This document shows, in pieces, positions 11,012 to 20,924 of a stretch of DNA of 64,000 nucleotides. Position 1 is the stretch's first letter. Every line of letters begins with the position of its first letter. The position numbers were made by a program, and so were the translations under genes. The notes below the pieces were generated by a model. It was given only the letters and a program-made list of their open reading frames with translations, made no database searches and was not told the DNA's origin. Where the stretch lies: positions 32,001 to 96,000 of the forward strand of contig JASFYR010000014.1 in assembly GCA_045047115.1 (NCBI GenBank), in the 5' to 3' direction. The stretch is from Sulfurospirillum sp. (GTDB lineage: Bacteria > Campylobacterota > Campylobacteria > Campylobacterales > Sulfurospirillaceae).

Positions 11012-11926
11012 CTAAATGAAAGTTAACAGGTCTCTGTATTTTTCATTTCTTCCATAAACTACATCAAAGTAGGCATCTTGAAGTTCTTTGGTTATCTCAC
11101 CTCTTTTGCCGCTTCCTATGGTATAGTTGTCAACATCTCTTACGGGGGTAACTTCAGCAGCAGTTCCAGTAAAAAATGCCTCATCTGCTATATATACTTC
11201 ATCTCTAGTGATTCTTCTGCGCTCTACAGAGATTTTGGCATCACGGGCTAGCATAAGTACCGTGTTTTGGGTTATACTCTCTAGCGAAGTATCATTTGGT
11301 GGAGTTATTAAAACACCGTTCCTTACTATGAAAAAGCACTCCCCGCTACCTTCTGCTATAAATCCATCTTCATCTAGCAAAAGTGCTTCTTCGTATCCGG
11401 CATCCATTGCTTCATATTTAGCCAATTGAGAATTTAGATAGTTTGCGACCGCCTTTGCCTTGCCCATAGTTGAGCTCACAGGATTTCTTGTGAATGAAGA
11501 GATTTTAACTCTTATTCCGTTTTCTAACCCTTCATCCCCAAGATAACTACCCCACTCCCAAGCCGCAATAGCAGTTTTTACAGGAGCATTTACATGGTAT
11601 AAGCCCATGATACCGTAACCTAGATATATGAGAGGCCTTAGATAGACATTGGATTTGAAGTTATTTACTTTTAGTATCTCTAATTGTGCCTTTTCTAGCT
11701 CTTCTAGTGAATATGGAGGTGTGATTCTGGTGATTTTTGCTGAGTTTAAAAGTCTTTTTGTGTGGTCTTTGAGTCTATAGACAGCCAATCCATCTTTTGT
11801 CATATAGGCTCTTGTGCCTTCAAAAACACCATTTCCATAATGAAGTGTGTGAGTTAAAATGTGAACATTTGCCTCATCCCAAGGAGTTAGTTTGCCATCC
11901 ATCCAGATAAATTTTGCTTTTTCCAT
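11012..11926 (-). CDS. ilvE: Branched-chain amino acid aminotransferase
   Basis: LHYGNGVFEG, KAVANY, EGSGE, TGTAAEVTP. Confidence 0.96.
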   Translation of the reverse strand: MEKAKFIWMDGKLTPWDEANVHILTHTLHYGNGVFEGTRAYMTKDGLAVYRLKDHTKRLLNSAKITRITPPYSLEELEKAQLEILKVNNFKSNVYLRPLIYLGYGIMGLYHVNAPVKTAIAAWEWGSYLGDEGLENGIRVKISSFTRNPVSSTMGKAKAVANYLNSQLAKYEAMDAGYEEALLLDEDGFIAEGSGECFFIVRNGVLITPPNDTSLESITQNTVLMLARDAKISVERRRITRDEVYIADEAFFTGTAAEVTPVRDVDNYTIGSGKRGEITKELQDAYFDVVYGRNEKYRDLLTFI

Positions 11927-12002
11927 ATTTTTTCAACCTATAATAATAAAATAGATATAATGATACCCAAGTTTAGATTAAAAATGGATTTAGGAGTATA
12001 TA

Positions 12003-13427
12003 ATGAATAAAGCAAAGATATATTTAGGCAGTGAAGAGAAGAGTACACCAAATTTTATTGAGGTAAGAAATCCCTTTAATTCAAATGTTGTATCTTCGTA
12101 TCCAATATGCGCAATTAGCGATGTAGAGATGGCATATCTCAAGGCTAAAAGTGCATCCAAAGAAACCAAGAAATCACCTCTTCACCAACGAGTTTCATGG
12201 CTTGAAGATGTTGCAAACAAGTTAGAAGAGCAGAGCGAAAAATTTGCTAAATTGATATGTGATGAAGTGGGAAAACCAATGGTTTTTGCTAGAGGAGAAG
12301 TAACAAGATGCATAGAAACCATAAGACTCTCAGCCCATACGATGATTTCCATAGGAGGAGAGAGTTTTGATACAACTGCGATGCCAAGTGGTAAAAAAAC
12401 TTTGGCATTTTTCAAAAGAGTTCCGGTGGGTGTGGCGCTTGCCATCACTCCGTTTAATTTTCCTCTAAATCTAGTAGTTCATAAAATTGCTCCGGCACTT
12501 GTGAGTGGAAATGCAGTAGTTCTAAAACCAAGCTCCGCTGCTCCGCTTTGTGCATACTCTTTGGCAAAACTCTTTATAGAGAGTCCATATGCCATAAAAG
12601 ATGCTCTTAGTGTGGTTTATAGCGGTGAGGGCGTAAATGATGCTTTAGTGACAAGCAGGGTTCCAAGAGTCATCAGTTTTACAGGAAGTGTGCCGGTGGG
12701 CAATCTTATCACAAAAAAAGCAGGTATAAAAAAGATAGCATTGGAGCTTGGCGGAAATGCAGCAACTTTTATAGATAAATCGGCAAACCTCAAAGATGCA
12801 GCCAAAAAGTGTGCGATTGGTGCCTTTATAAACTCCGGGCAAGTCTGTATTTCGCTTCAGAGAATCTATGTACATGTAGAGGTTTATGATAAATTTGCAA
12901 AGCTTATAGCCGATGAAACAAGTAAACTTGTGGTCGGAAATCCTTATGATGATAAGACTTTTATAGGTCCTATGATAGATGAAGATGCGATAGATAAAGC
13001 AAAGATTTGGATAGCAAATGCAAAACAAGAGGGTGCAAAAGTATTGTGTGGCGGAGGCAACAAAGGTTTGGTTTTGGAACCGACTATCATGGCAGATGTA
13101 AAAGAAGATATGAACATAGTTTGCCAAGAAGTTTTTGCACCTATTGTCTCTCTTATCGCAAAAGATAGTTATGAAGATGCACTAAAGTCTATAAATGACT
13201 CCGAGTTTGGCTTGCAGTACTCTATCTTTACAAATGATTTAGCTATGACAACAAGAGCGATAGATGATTTGGATGCCGGCGGAGTCGTGATAAACGATAT
13301 ACCGACTCTTCGTTTTGATATACAGCCATATGGTGGATTTAAACACAGCGGAATAGGCAAAGAGGGTCCGAAATTTGCTATTCTTGATGATTATACGGAG
13401 GTAAAATCAATAGTAATATGTAGTTAA
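12003..13427 (+). CDS. NAD(P)-dependent aldehyde dehydrogenase
   Basis: PFNFP, FTGS, LELGG, GQVCIS (catalytic Cys), EVFAP, PYGG. Confidence 0.93.
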   Translation: MNKAKIYLGSEEKSTPNFIEVRNPFNSNVVSSYPICAISDVEMAYLKAKSASKETKKSPLHQRVSWLEDVANKLEEQSEKFAKLICDEVGKPMVFARGEVTRCIETIRLSAHTMISIGGESFDTTAMPSGKKTLAFFKRVPVGVALAITPFNFPLNLVVHKIAPALVSGNAVVLKPSSAAPLCAYSLAKLFIESPYAIKDALSVVYSGEGVNDALVTSRVPRVISFTGSVPVGNLITKKAGIKKIALELGGNAATFIDKSANLKDAAKKCAIGAFINSGQVCISLQRIYVHVEVYDKFAKLIADETSKLVVGNPYDDKTFIGPMIDEDAIDKAKIWIANAKQEGAKVLCGGGNKGLVLEPTIMADVKEDMNIVCQEVFAPIVSLIAKDSYEDALKSINDSEFGLQYSIFTNDLAMTTRAIDDLDAGGVVINDIPTLRFDIQPYGGFKHSGIGKEGPKFAILDDYTEVKSIVICS

Positions 13428-13505
13428 AATCTAAAAAACGACAATTTGAAGACATTGTTTTGATATAATTTCCTACATAAGCATAGTTTAGATTAAAAGG
13501 TTGAT

Positions 13506-14189
13506 ATGAATAGGTTTCAAAGTTATTCAGTTCTTATGGTAGATGATGACATGGAGTCACTTGAGTGTATGGGTGAATATTTGGACTTGGAGTTTTCTAC
13601 GGTTTACAGAGCTGTTAGTGTGAAAGATGCATTTACACTTATTATGCAAAAAAAGCCGGATATAATTTTTACAGATATTTATATGCCTGAAAATGATGGA
13701 TTCTCTTTGGTGGAGCAACTTTATGCCAGGAGAATCAAAATTCCTGTCATTATAATTAGTGCTTATGACGACAAGGAAAAGTTGCTTAAAGCCATAAAAT
13801 TAGGTATAGTAGATTATCTTATCAAGCCACTTGACTCCAAAAAATTAAAAGATGCTATGAGGCTATGCTATGAGAAATTGAAGTTGGCCGAAAAAGAGAT
13901 ACTTCTTGATGAAAACTTATTGTGGAATCAAGAAAAATCACTTCTTATGAAAAACAGTAGGCCGATAAAATTGACAGAGAGCGAAACTAAGCTACTGCAA
14001 ATACTCATAAAAAATATCAATGTACCCATGAAAAATATAGATATTTTTTATTATCTATGGAATTATGAGCAAAAAGAGTATAACTCTAAAAATATCAGAA
14101 ATATTATATACAAATTAAGAAAAAAACTCGATTGTGATAGCTTGATAAAAAATATATATGGTGGCAAATACATGATAAGTACAATTTGA
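13506..14189 (+). CDS. OmpR-family response regulator (REC + winged HTH)
   Basis: VDDD, TDIYMP, YLIKP and C-terminal LTESE...KLRKKL. Confidence 0.9.
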   Translation: MNRFQSYSVLMVDDDMESLECMGEYLDLEFSTVYRAVSVKDAFTLIMQKKPDIIFTDIYMPENDGFSLVEQLYARRIKIPVIIISAYDDKEKLLKAIKLGIVDYLIKPLDSKKLKDAMRLCYEKLKLAEKEILLDENLLWNQEKSLLMKNSRPIKLTESETKLLQILIKNINVPMKNIDIFYYLWNYEQKEYNSKNIRNIIYKLRKKLDCDSLIKNIYGGKYMISTI

Positions 14190-15532
14190 TGAAAAAAAAC
14201 AGAAGCAAGTACCATCTTTTAAAAGAGGCGACTATCCTTGTAGTAGAGGACAACGAAAGTGAATTGGAAGAGCTTGGAGAACTTTTTGATATCTATTTTA
14301 AAAAATGTTATAGAGCAAAAGATGGAAAAGAGGGTCTTGAAGAATTTGTACAAAATCACCCCGATATAGTTTTGAGTGATTTGGGAATGCCTGTCATGGA
14401 TGGCTTTGATATGGCTAAAGAAATCAGGAAGATTAATAAAAAGACCCCCGTTTTACTGCACACCATATATGCTGACAACAGTGTTTTTTTAAAGGCGATA
14501 GAGTGCAAAATATCCGGCTATATGACAAAGCCGACAAATGCGACAATGTTGCTGGATACTCTTTTGAGAGAGTATGAATCCATACAGAAAGATGGAGAAC
14601 TTAAAAAAGAGAAGATGCTTAAACAGGCCATTTTGGATGAGTTTCCTGACCCTATGATGGTTTTGGATTTAGAGAGAAATATACTTTTTGCAAATAATGT
14701 GGTCAAAAAAGGCAGATATTGGAAAGATACATTTCCTATAAAGTGTTATCAAGCATTATACGGTTATGAGACTCCTTGTTATTTATTGGGGTATAAATGT
14801 GATAGCGATAGTGCCATAAAAAGTGGCAAAAATATGGTGAGTTTTTGTGAAAATATATCTAAAGACGGAATTCAAATGTGCTCTAGTATTAAAACAGTTC
14901 CTATTAAAGATGCAAATGGAGATATTTATGCTCTATTAAAGGTGATTCAGGATAAAACTGTCGAAATAAACAAAGAAAGAGAGCTTAAACAACTTGCCAG
15001 TTATGATGCATTGACTAAACTTCCAAACAGAACACTTCTGCTTGACAGATTGGAACAGGCGATTCTCAGAAGCAACAGAGGTGGTTTGAAATTTGCACTA
15101 CTGTTTATTGATTTGGATGAATTTAAAAGTATAAATGATATATATGGGCATATTGCAGGAGATGAATTACTAAAGGAAGTATCCCGCCGAATGAAATCAT
15201 CAATCAGAAAAGTAGATACTTTGGCCAGATTTGGCGGCGATGAATTCATAATCATAATAGAAGAGATAACAGACTTACATAATGTTTTATTTGTAACAGA
15301 AGACATTTTGTCAAAATTGAGAGTAGAATTTGAATTAAATAACAATATTAAAGTAAATATAAGCTGCTCTATAGGCATCGATACATATAGTCCGAAAAAA
15401 GATGCTAAAACAGAAAATATACTGCTTCAAAATGCGGATATAGCTATGTATGAAGTTAAAAAAACAGGAAAAAACGGATATAAGTTTTTTGAAAATCATC
15501 TTTTTGACCATTTAGAAGTAAACAGTGGATAA
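14186..15532 (+). CDS. REC-PAS-GGDEF diguanylate cyclase
   Basis: VVED...SDLGMP receiver, PAS-like middle, DALTKLPNR, RKVD I-site and intact GGDEF. Confidence 0.92.
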   Translation: MMKKNRSKYHLLKEATILVVEDNESELEELGELFDIYFKKCYRAKDGKEGLEEFVQNHPDIVLSDLGMPVMDGFDMAKEIRKINKKTPVLLHTIYADNSVFLKAIECKISGYMTKPTNATMLLDTLLREYESIQKDGELKKEKMLKQAILDEFPDPMMVLDLERNILFANNVVKKGRYWKDTFPIKCYQALYGYETPCYLLGYKCDSDSAIKSGKNMVSFCENISKDGIQMCSSIKTVPIKDANGDIYALLKVIQDKTVEINKERELKQLASYDALTKLPNRTLLLDRLEQAILRSNRGGLKFALLFIDLDEFKSINDIYGHIAGDELLKEVSRRMKSSIRKVDTLARFGGDEFIIIIEEITDLHNVLFVTEDILSKLRVEFELNNNIKVNISCSIGIDTYSPKKDAKTENILLQNADIAMYEVKKTGKNGYKFFENHLFDHLEVNSG

Positions 15533-17393
15533 ACAAGAGAAACAAGTTTTAAGACTGATAAAATCAATCCCTATTTTATTGGTTTTTGTTTTCTTTGTAG
15601 TGGTTGGTAATAAAATCCAAGTCGGCAAGCAGAATATAGAATATATGAAAAAAAACTTTTTGCAAATTAAAAAAAATAGAATCAAAAATGAAGTTTTAGC
15701 TCTCGTGAGGCATATAAATTACCAAAGAAGAATTGCAAAAAAGACTTTAAAAGAGGGGCTAAAGCAAAAAGTTGATATGGCTTATGCGATTAGTATGAAC
15801 ATATATATGCAAAATAAAGATAAAGATAAAAAAGTCATTACAACAATGATAAAAGATGCACTCAGGCCAATAAGATTTAATCAAAACCGAGGATATATTT
15901 TCATATATACTATGAAGTTGAAAAATATTTTATTGCCGATAGAGCCACAATTAGAAGGTAGTGATTTTTCAAACTACAAAGATATAAAAGGTGATTTGGT
16001 TGTAAAAAATATGGCTAAATTATGTAAAAAATATGGTGGCACTTTTTATACCTGGTACTGGAAAAAACCAAGTGAGAGCTTTGAAGGATATAAAAAAATC
16101 GGATATGGCAGATATTTCGAACCACTTGACTGGTTTATAGGCACAGGTGAATATACAGCTGACTTTGAAAAGAATTTGCAAGATGAAGTACTCAAAGAGA
16201 TACAAGATATGAGATATGAAAGAGATAAGTATTTTTTTACGATATCGTATGCCGGTACAATTTTGACTCATATAAACAGATCATATGTAGGTAAAAATCA
16301 GATAAACATAAAAGATAAAGATAGAAAATATTTTATAAATCAAATTATAAAAACAGCAAAAAATGGCAGTGGATTTATAAATTATAAAGTTAAAATTGAT
16401 ACGGGTGCAAGAAAAACAGCAAAAAAAATATCTTATGTGGAAGGTCTGGATGAGTGGAGATGGGCGATAGGTTTGGGAGAGTATCTTGATGATATAGATA
16501 TGTCGATACACAAAAGAGAAAAAGAGTTAAGAGCTCAATTGCATGGTACTCTTATCAGGCTGGCAATTGTTTTTGTATTGATTGCAATTTTATTGAGTAT
16601 TTTGCTTTTTGTGCTTACGCAAAAGAGTAAAGAGATATTTCTAAAATATAAAAATACAATTCTTGATGAGATGGAAAAAAGTAAAAAACAGTTGATGTTG
16701 ATTCAAAATCAAAACAAACTAGCATCTATGGGAGAAATGCTGGGAAATATCTCTCACCAGTGGAAGCAGCCATTAAATACACTTGGTATATCTGTAAGCA
16801 AAATGATGCTACTCGAAGAAGACGGATATCTGTCAAAAGAGATAATGCTAAAAAGCCTCTCCAGAATGGAGAAAAATATAGCATATCTTTCTAAAACAAT
16901 AGATGTTTTTAGAGATTTTTTCAAACCATCCGTAAATGTTGAAAAATTTAATCTTGAAGAAGAGATAGAAGATATTGTGTATATGGTACAATGTTCATTT
17001 GAGCATAGTTTGATTAGTATTTCTTGTGTTTGTGATGATGATATTCTTATAAAAGGAGACAGGAAAAAGTTAGAGCAGGTATTTTTAAATATCTTAAATA
17101 ATGCAAAAGATGCAATACTCTCAAATAAAATAAGAGATGGAGCAGTTGAGATAAAAGCAGTAAAAACAGGTCAAAAAGTAAAAATTACAATCCAGGACAA
17201 TGCTTTGGGAGTGCCTTTGGAGATAAAAGATAAGATATTTGAGCCTTATTTTACAACAAAAGACCAATCCAAAGGCACTGGTGTTGGTTTGTATATGTCA
17301 AAAATTATCATAGAAAATAATTTTCAAGGGGAGCTTGATTTTGAAAACAGAAAAGCAGGAGCCGAGTTTGTTATTTTTATTCCGTTAGATTAA
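15525..17393 (+). CDS. Sensor histidine kinase with tandem Cache domains
   Basis: Two TM helices flanking YIFIY/YWKKP/WFIGTG Cache repeats, H-box SHQWKQP, GTGVGL G-box. Confidence 0.92.
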   Translation: MDKQEKQVLRLIKSIPILLVFVFFVVVGNKIQVGKQNIEYMKKNFLQIKKNRIKNEVLALVRHINYQRRIAKKTLKEGLKQKVDMAYAISMNIYMQNKDKDKKVITTMIKDALRPIRFNQNRGYIFIYTMKLKNILLPIEPQLEGSDFSNYKDIKGDLVVKNMAKLCKKYGGTFYTWYWKKPSESFEGYKKIGYGRYFEPLDWFIGTGEYTADFEKNLQDEVLKEIQDMRYERDKYFFTISYAGTILTHINRSYVGKNQINIKDKDRKYFINQIIKTAKNGSGFINYKVKIDTGARKTAKKISYVEGLDEWRWAIGLGEYLDDIDMSIHKREKELRAQLHGTLIRLAIVFVLIAILLSILLFVLTQKSKEIFLKYKNTILDEMEKSKKQLMLIQNQNKLASMGEMLGNISHQWKQPLNTLGISVSKMMLLEEDGYLSKEIMLKSLSRMEKNIAYLSKTIDVFRDFFKPSVNVEKFNLEEEIEDIVYMVQCSFEHSLISISCVCDDDILIKGDRKKLEQVFLNILNNAKDAILSNKIRDGAVEIKAVKTGQKVKITIQDNALGVPLEIKDKIFEPYFTTKDQSKGTGVGLYMSKIIIENNFQGELDFENRKAGAEFVIFIPLD

Positions 17394-17402
17394 AAGAGAT
17401 GT

Positions 17403-17825
17403 TTAAACAAATCTTCTGACATAGTTCTCTAGCGAAACCGGATCCATTGCCCCCGAGACTCTGTCAACTTCTTTTCCATTTTTGAAGACAACAAGAGTCG
17501 GGATACTTCTTATTTTGAATCTACTTCCTAAAAACTGCTCATTTTCGGTATTGATTTTGGCAAAAAGTGCTTTTAGCGGAAAGCCTGTGGAGACATCCGC
17601 AAAAACAGGAGCCATCATCTTGCATGGTCCGCACCAAGGAGCCCAAAAATCAACGATGACGGGTATGTCGGAATTTCCCAAGACTCTATCTATATTTGAG
17701 CTTGTTAACTCTATGGGTTTTGCCTCCAGTAGAGAGTTCTTGCATTTACCACAGTTTGCTTTTTTATAATCATCTTTTTTAGGAACATTGTTTATAGCTT
17801 GACAATGAGGACATATAACTTTCAT
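17403..17825 (-). CDS. trxC: Thioredoxin 2 with N-terminal zinc finger
   Basis: CPHC...CGKC plus WCGPC. ATG at 17825 follows a GGAG SD. Confidence 0.93.
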   Translation of the reverse strand: MKVICPHCQAINNVPKKDDYKKANCGKCKNSLLEAKPIELTSSNIDRVLGNSDIPVIVDFWAPWCGPCKMMAPVFADVSTGFPLKALFAKINTENEQFLGSRFKIRSIPTLVVFKNGKEVDRVSGAMDPVSLENYVRRFV

Positions 17826-17869
17826 CTTATTTCTCCTAAATTTTTTTCTCAATTATAGCAATTTTTTTG

Positions 17870-19102
17870 TTATTTTCTGATTTTACCTCTCGGTACAAAT
17901 TTTAAAACAGTAGCATTTATGCAAAACCTCTGTCTGCCTCCCGGGGCATCGTTGAAGACGTGCCCTAGATGGATACCACTTTTTTTGGCTATGATCTCAA
18001 CTCTGTGCATACCGTAACTGTTATCCTCTTTCTGCGTGGTTGAACCCTCAACCGCTTTAAAAAAGCTAAGCCAACCAGAGCCTGAGTTGAATCTGTCTCT
18101 TGTGTCAAAGAGTATGTCGCCTGAGAGTTTGTCTATAAAGACACCGTCTGGTGTGTGTTTAAATATATCGTACTGTTTGCAGTACCTGCCATCTGTTCCT
18201 TGGTTGAAAGCTACATTAAATGCCTCACTGTTTTCGCCAAGTTTAAAGTAGCCAAGTGCCTTGTAGAAATCTTTTTTATCCATATATCCTCTGTGAGCAT
18301 ATACCTCTATGCCGTTATCGATAAAGAGTATGGTAGGTGTAGCGTCAAGTTTGGTTTTTATTTCGAAATCTTTTAATTGGCTGCTTTGGACAGTTCTAAG
18401 AGGAGTATCACCTCTGTATAAGGAGCTAACATCTTTTTTAAATTTCTCACAATATGGACAATCCGGAGCATCTATGATAACTATCTCTTTTCCGCCTAAA
18501 GGCTCTATAAAAGAGACTTTTTTTGTTTGCTTTTTAAATTTTACACCAGTTGCGTGGTTTGGACAGTAACCATTTGGATTTTTTTGCAGATAGTTTTGAT
18601 GGTAACTCTCCGCCGGATAAAATTTCTTTAAAGGAGCTATCTCAGTTGTAATTTTGCCATACCCGGCTTTGCTCAAAAGCTTTTGATACTCATCTTTTGT
18701 CTCAAGTGCTATTTTATGTTGTTTTTCATTTGTATAAAATATAGCACTTCGATAGTTGCTTCCTATATCGTTACCTTGTCCATTTTCTTGAGTCGGGTTA
18801 TGTATCTCCCAAAAATCTTTGATGAGTTCTTCCGCACTCACTTTTGTATCGTCAAATTTTACCTCAACAGACTCTGTGTAGTTTATCAGTCCGTTTGGAG
18901 CAGAGTGTCTGTACTTTAAAACACTATCATAAGTAGGATTTGGATAGTTGCCTCCGGCATAGCCAGACGAGGCATCTATAACTCCTTTTATATGCTCGAA
19001 GTGCTTCTCCACACCCCAAAAACATCCCGCGCTAAAGACTATAGTTTGGGTTTTTGCATACATTGACACGACAACCCCCAGTATTAATATTAATTTTATC
19101 AT
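17870..19102 (-). CDS. msrAB: Exported methionine sulfoxide reductase fusion: MsrA - thioredoxin-like - MsrB
   Basis: Signal peptide; MsrA GCFWG, YRSAIF, YHQNY; central CPYC...TPT; MsrB SGSGWLSF, HLGHVF, RFCIN. Confidence 0.92.
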   Translation of the reverse strand: MIKLILILGVVVSMYAKTQTIVFSAGCFWGVEKHFEHIKGVIDASSGYAGGNYPNPTYDSVLKYRHSAPNGLINYTESVEVKFDDTKVSAEELIKDFWEIHNPTQENGQGNDIGSNYRSAIFYTNEKQHKIALETKDEYQKLLSKAGYGKITTEIAPLKKFYPAESYHQNYLQKNPNGYCPNHATGVKFKKQTKKVSFIEPLGGKEIVIIDAPDCPYCEKFKKDVSSLYRGDTPLRTVQSSQLKDFEIKTKLDATPTILFIDNGIEVYAHRGYMDKKDFYKALGYFKLGENSEAFNVAFNQGTDGRYCKQYDIFKHTPDGVFIDKLSGDILFDTRDRFNSGSGWLSFFKAVEGSTTQKEDNSYGMHRVEIIAKKSGIHLGHVFNDAPGGRQRFCINATVLKFVPRGKIRK

Positions 19103-20109
19103 TTTATCATATCCTTTTTTAAATAAAAATTTGTTTTTATTGTATCGCTACTATGTAAAGTGCATGTGTAGCCATTGTTTTTACATAGATTTTTTACGAT
19201 ACTTAATCCTAAGCCAAATCCACTAACTTTTCTGTTTTTACTTTGTGAGATAGTAAAAAAGGGCTCAAAAATTTTATCTTTAAACTCCTCTTCTATCTTT
19301 TTCCCACTATTTTCAAATACGATGATATGGTTTTTGTTATATACTTTTATATAGCCACAATCTGTGTATTTTACAGCATTGTTTAGTAGATTTAAAACTA
19401 CTTTTTTTAGATCAATTTTATTAAATTCCAGCAAAATTTTTTGATCTATATCGTTTATGTATTTTACACCTGTTTTTACTGCCAACAAAGGAAAAATTTC
19501 ATTTTGTATGAAAGAGTAAAGTTTTATGCCCTGTTTCATTTTGTGTTCTTGCATTGATGTTATAAATTCAAGCATATCTACTGTCAATTCATCTAAAAAC
19601 TTTATTTCCTCTTTCATGTGTGCAAGTGCCGAGGGTAGATCTTCACTTTTTATGAGCCCGTCTTCGAGTTCCTCTATATAGCCATTTAAGATGGTGATAG
19701 GGGTTTTTATATCGTGTGCCATAGAGATGAGTAGATTGGATAGATTTTGATTTTTTTGTTTTAAGTCATTTATGAGATTGTCTATACGATAAGATAGAAA
19801 ATTCATACTTTTGTTTATATCATCTATCTCTTTTATCATATTTTTGTCTAGATTTTTAGAAAAATCTTCACTCTTTATAGCCTCTAATCTTTTCTTGATG
19901 AAATCAAACTTTTTTGAGAGAAGATTTCCAAAAAGATAACTGATGAGTCCTATAAGAGGCAACATAAATAAAACTGTAAGTATGATCTTTAATACCATTG
20001 GCCAGCCTATCGGTGCACCTATGATAAGATATGTCATAAATGCACTTAGCCCTGATATAAAAAGTCCCGCCAAGATGTATATGATGATGATAAAAAGTTT
20101 AATTTTCAT
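19099..20109 (-). CDS. HAMP-containing sensor histidine kinase
   Basis: Two TM helices, AHDIKTP H-box, NAVKY, GFGLGL. Confidence 0.9.
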   Translation of the reverse strand: MKIKLFIIIIYILAGLFISGLSAFMTYLIIGAPIGWPMVLKIILTVLFMLPLIGLISYLFGNLLSKKFDFIKKRLEAIKSEDFSKNLDKNMIKEIDDINKSMNFLSYRIDNLINDLKQKNQNLSNLLISMAHDIKTPITILNGYIEELEDGLIKSEDLPSALAHMKEEIKFLDELTVDMLEFITSMQEHKMKQGIKLYSFIQNEIFPLLAVKTGVKYINDIDQKILLEFNKIDLKKVVLNLLNNAVKYTDCGYIKVYNKNHIIVFENSGKKIEEEFKDKIFEPFFTISQSKNRKVSGFGLGLSIVKNLCKNNGYTCTLHSSDTIKTNFYLKKDMIK

Positions 20110-20782
20110 ATATCTTGTACCCCATACCTCTGACTGTTTTGATAACCTCTTTGTCGTAGTAGGTTTTTATCTTTTCTCTGATATGATAGACATGACTGTT
20201 TATACCTTGTTCATCTATCTCTCCAAAGTAATTATCATATATTAGCCCTGCCAAATCTGCTCGTGAAAAGACGATATTGTTGTGTTTAATGAGAGTAGAA
20301 AGTATCAGGTACTCGCTAGGTGTAAAGTCGATTTTAAAGCCGTTTATGACTATCTCTTTTGCCTCTTCATTCAGTATTATATCGCTAAAAGATTTGCTCT
20401 TTTGTGAGATAAGCTCCTCTTTTCTTTTTAATAAAGAATGAATTTTTATAGCCAGCTCTTTTGCTGAAAATGGTTTGGATATATAATCATCCACTCCGCA
20501 ATCATACCCTTTTGTCTTAAACTCCAAAGTATCAAGTGCACTAATCATCACGACTAAGCACTGTTTGGAATTTTTTCTTAAACTCTTGCATATCTTAAAT
20601 CCATCAACATGAGGGAGCATGATATCAAGAGTGATTAAGTCATAGTGATTTGAGGCTATCTTGCTCATAGCCTCTCGTCCATCATATGCTATATGAATAT
20701 CATAGAGAGTTTTATCGAGCCTATTTTCTATAAACTTTACGATACTCTCTTCATCTTCAACTATCAATATCTTTTTTTTCAT
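20099..20782 (-). CDS. OmpR-family response regulator
   Basis: IVEDE, LDIMLP, DYISKPF, TVRGMGY. ATG at 20782 follows an AAGGGGA SD. Confidence 0.92.
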   Translation of the reverse strand: MKKKILIVEDEESIVKFIENRLDKTLYDIHIAYDGREAMSKIASNHYDLITLDIMLPHVDGFKICKSLRKNSKQCLVVMISALDTLEFKTKGYDCGVDDYISKPFSAKELAIKIHSLLKRKEELISQKSKSFSDIILNEEAKEIVINGFKIDFTPSEYLILSTLIKHNNIVFSRADLAGLIYDNYFGEIDEQGINSHVYHIREKIKTYYDKEVIKTVRGMGYKIYEN

Positions 20783-20789
20783 TTTATTG

Positions 20790-20921
20790 TCCCCTTTTTT
20801 AGGGGCAAAGCCCCTAAAAAATTCCTCGCACCATTGCACGAGCTTGCGCTCTGCACAGGAGGTTAGCTTGTTTACTGTATGTGCACAACGATACGCTTTG
20901 CCTTTGTTGTTTTTTTGGCTA
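20790..20921 (-). ncRNA. Candidate structured intergenic RNA or repeat element
   Basis: GC-rich spacer with a GCAA-tetraloop hairpin (20835-20855) and a 12-bp perfect hairpin (20795-20821). Confidence 0.35.
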
Positions 20922-20924
20922 TTC

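Noticed and set aside
20860..20921. c-di-GMP-I riboswitch (GGCAAA seen on the minus strand)
   Set aside because: The downstream GACGCAAAG and P2 elements are not recognisable.
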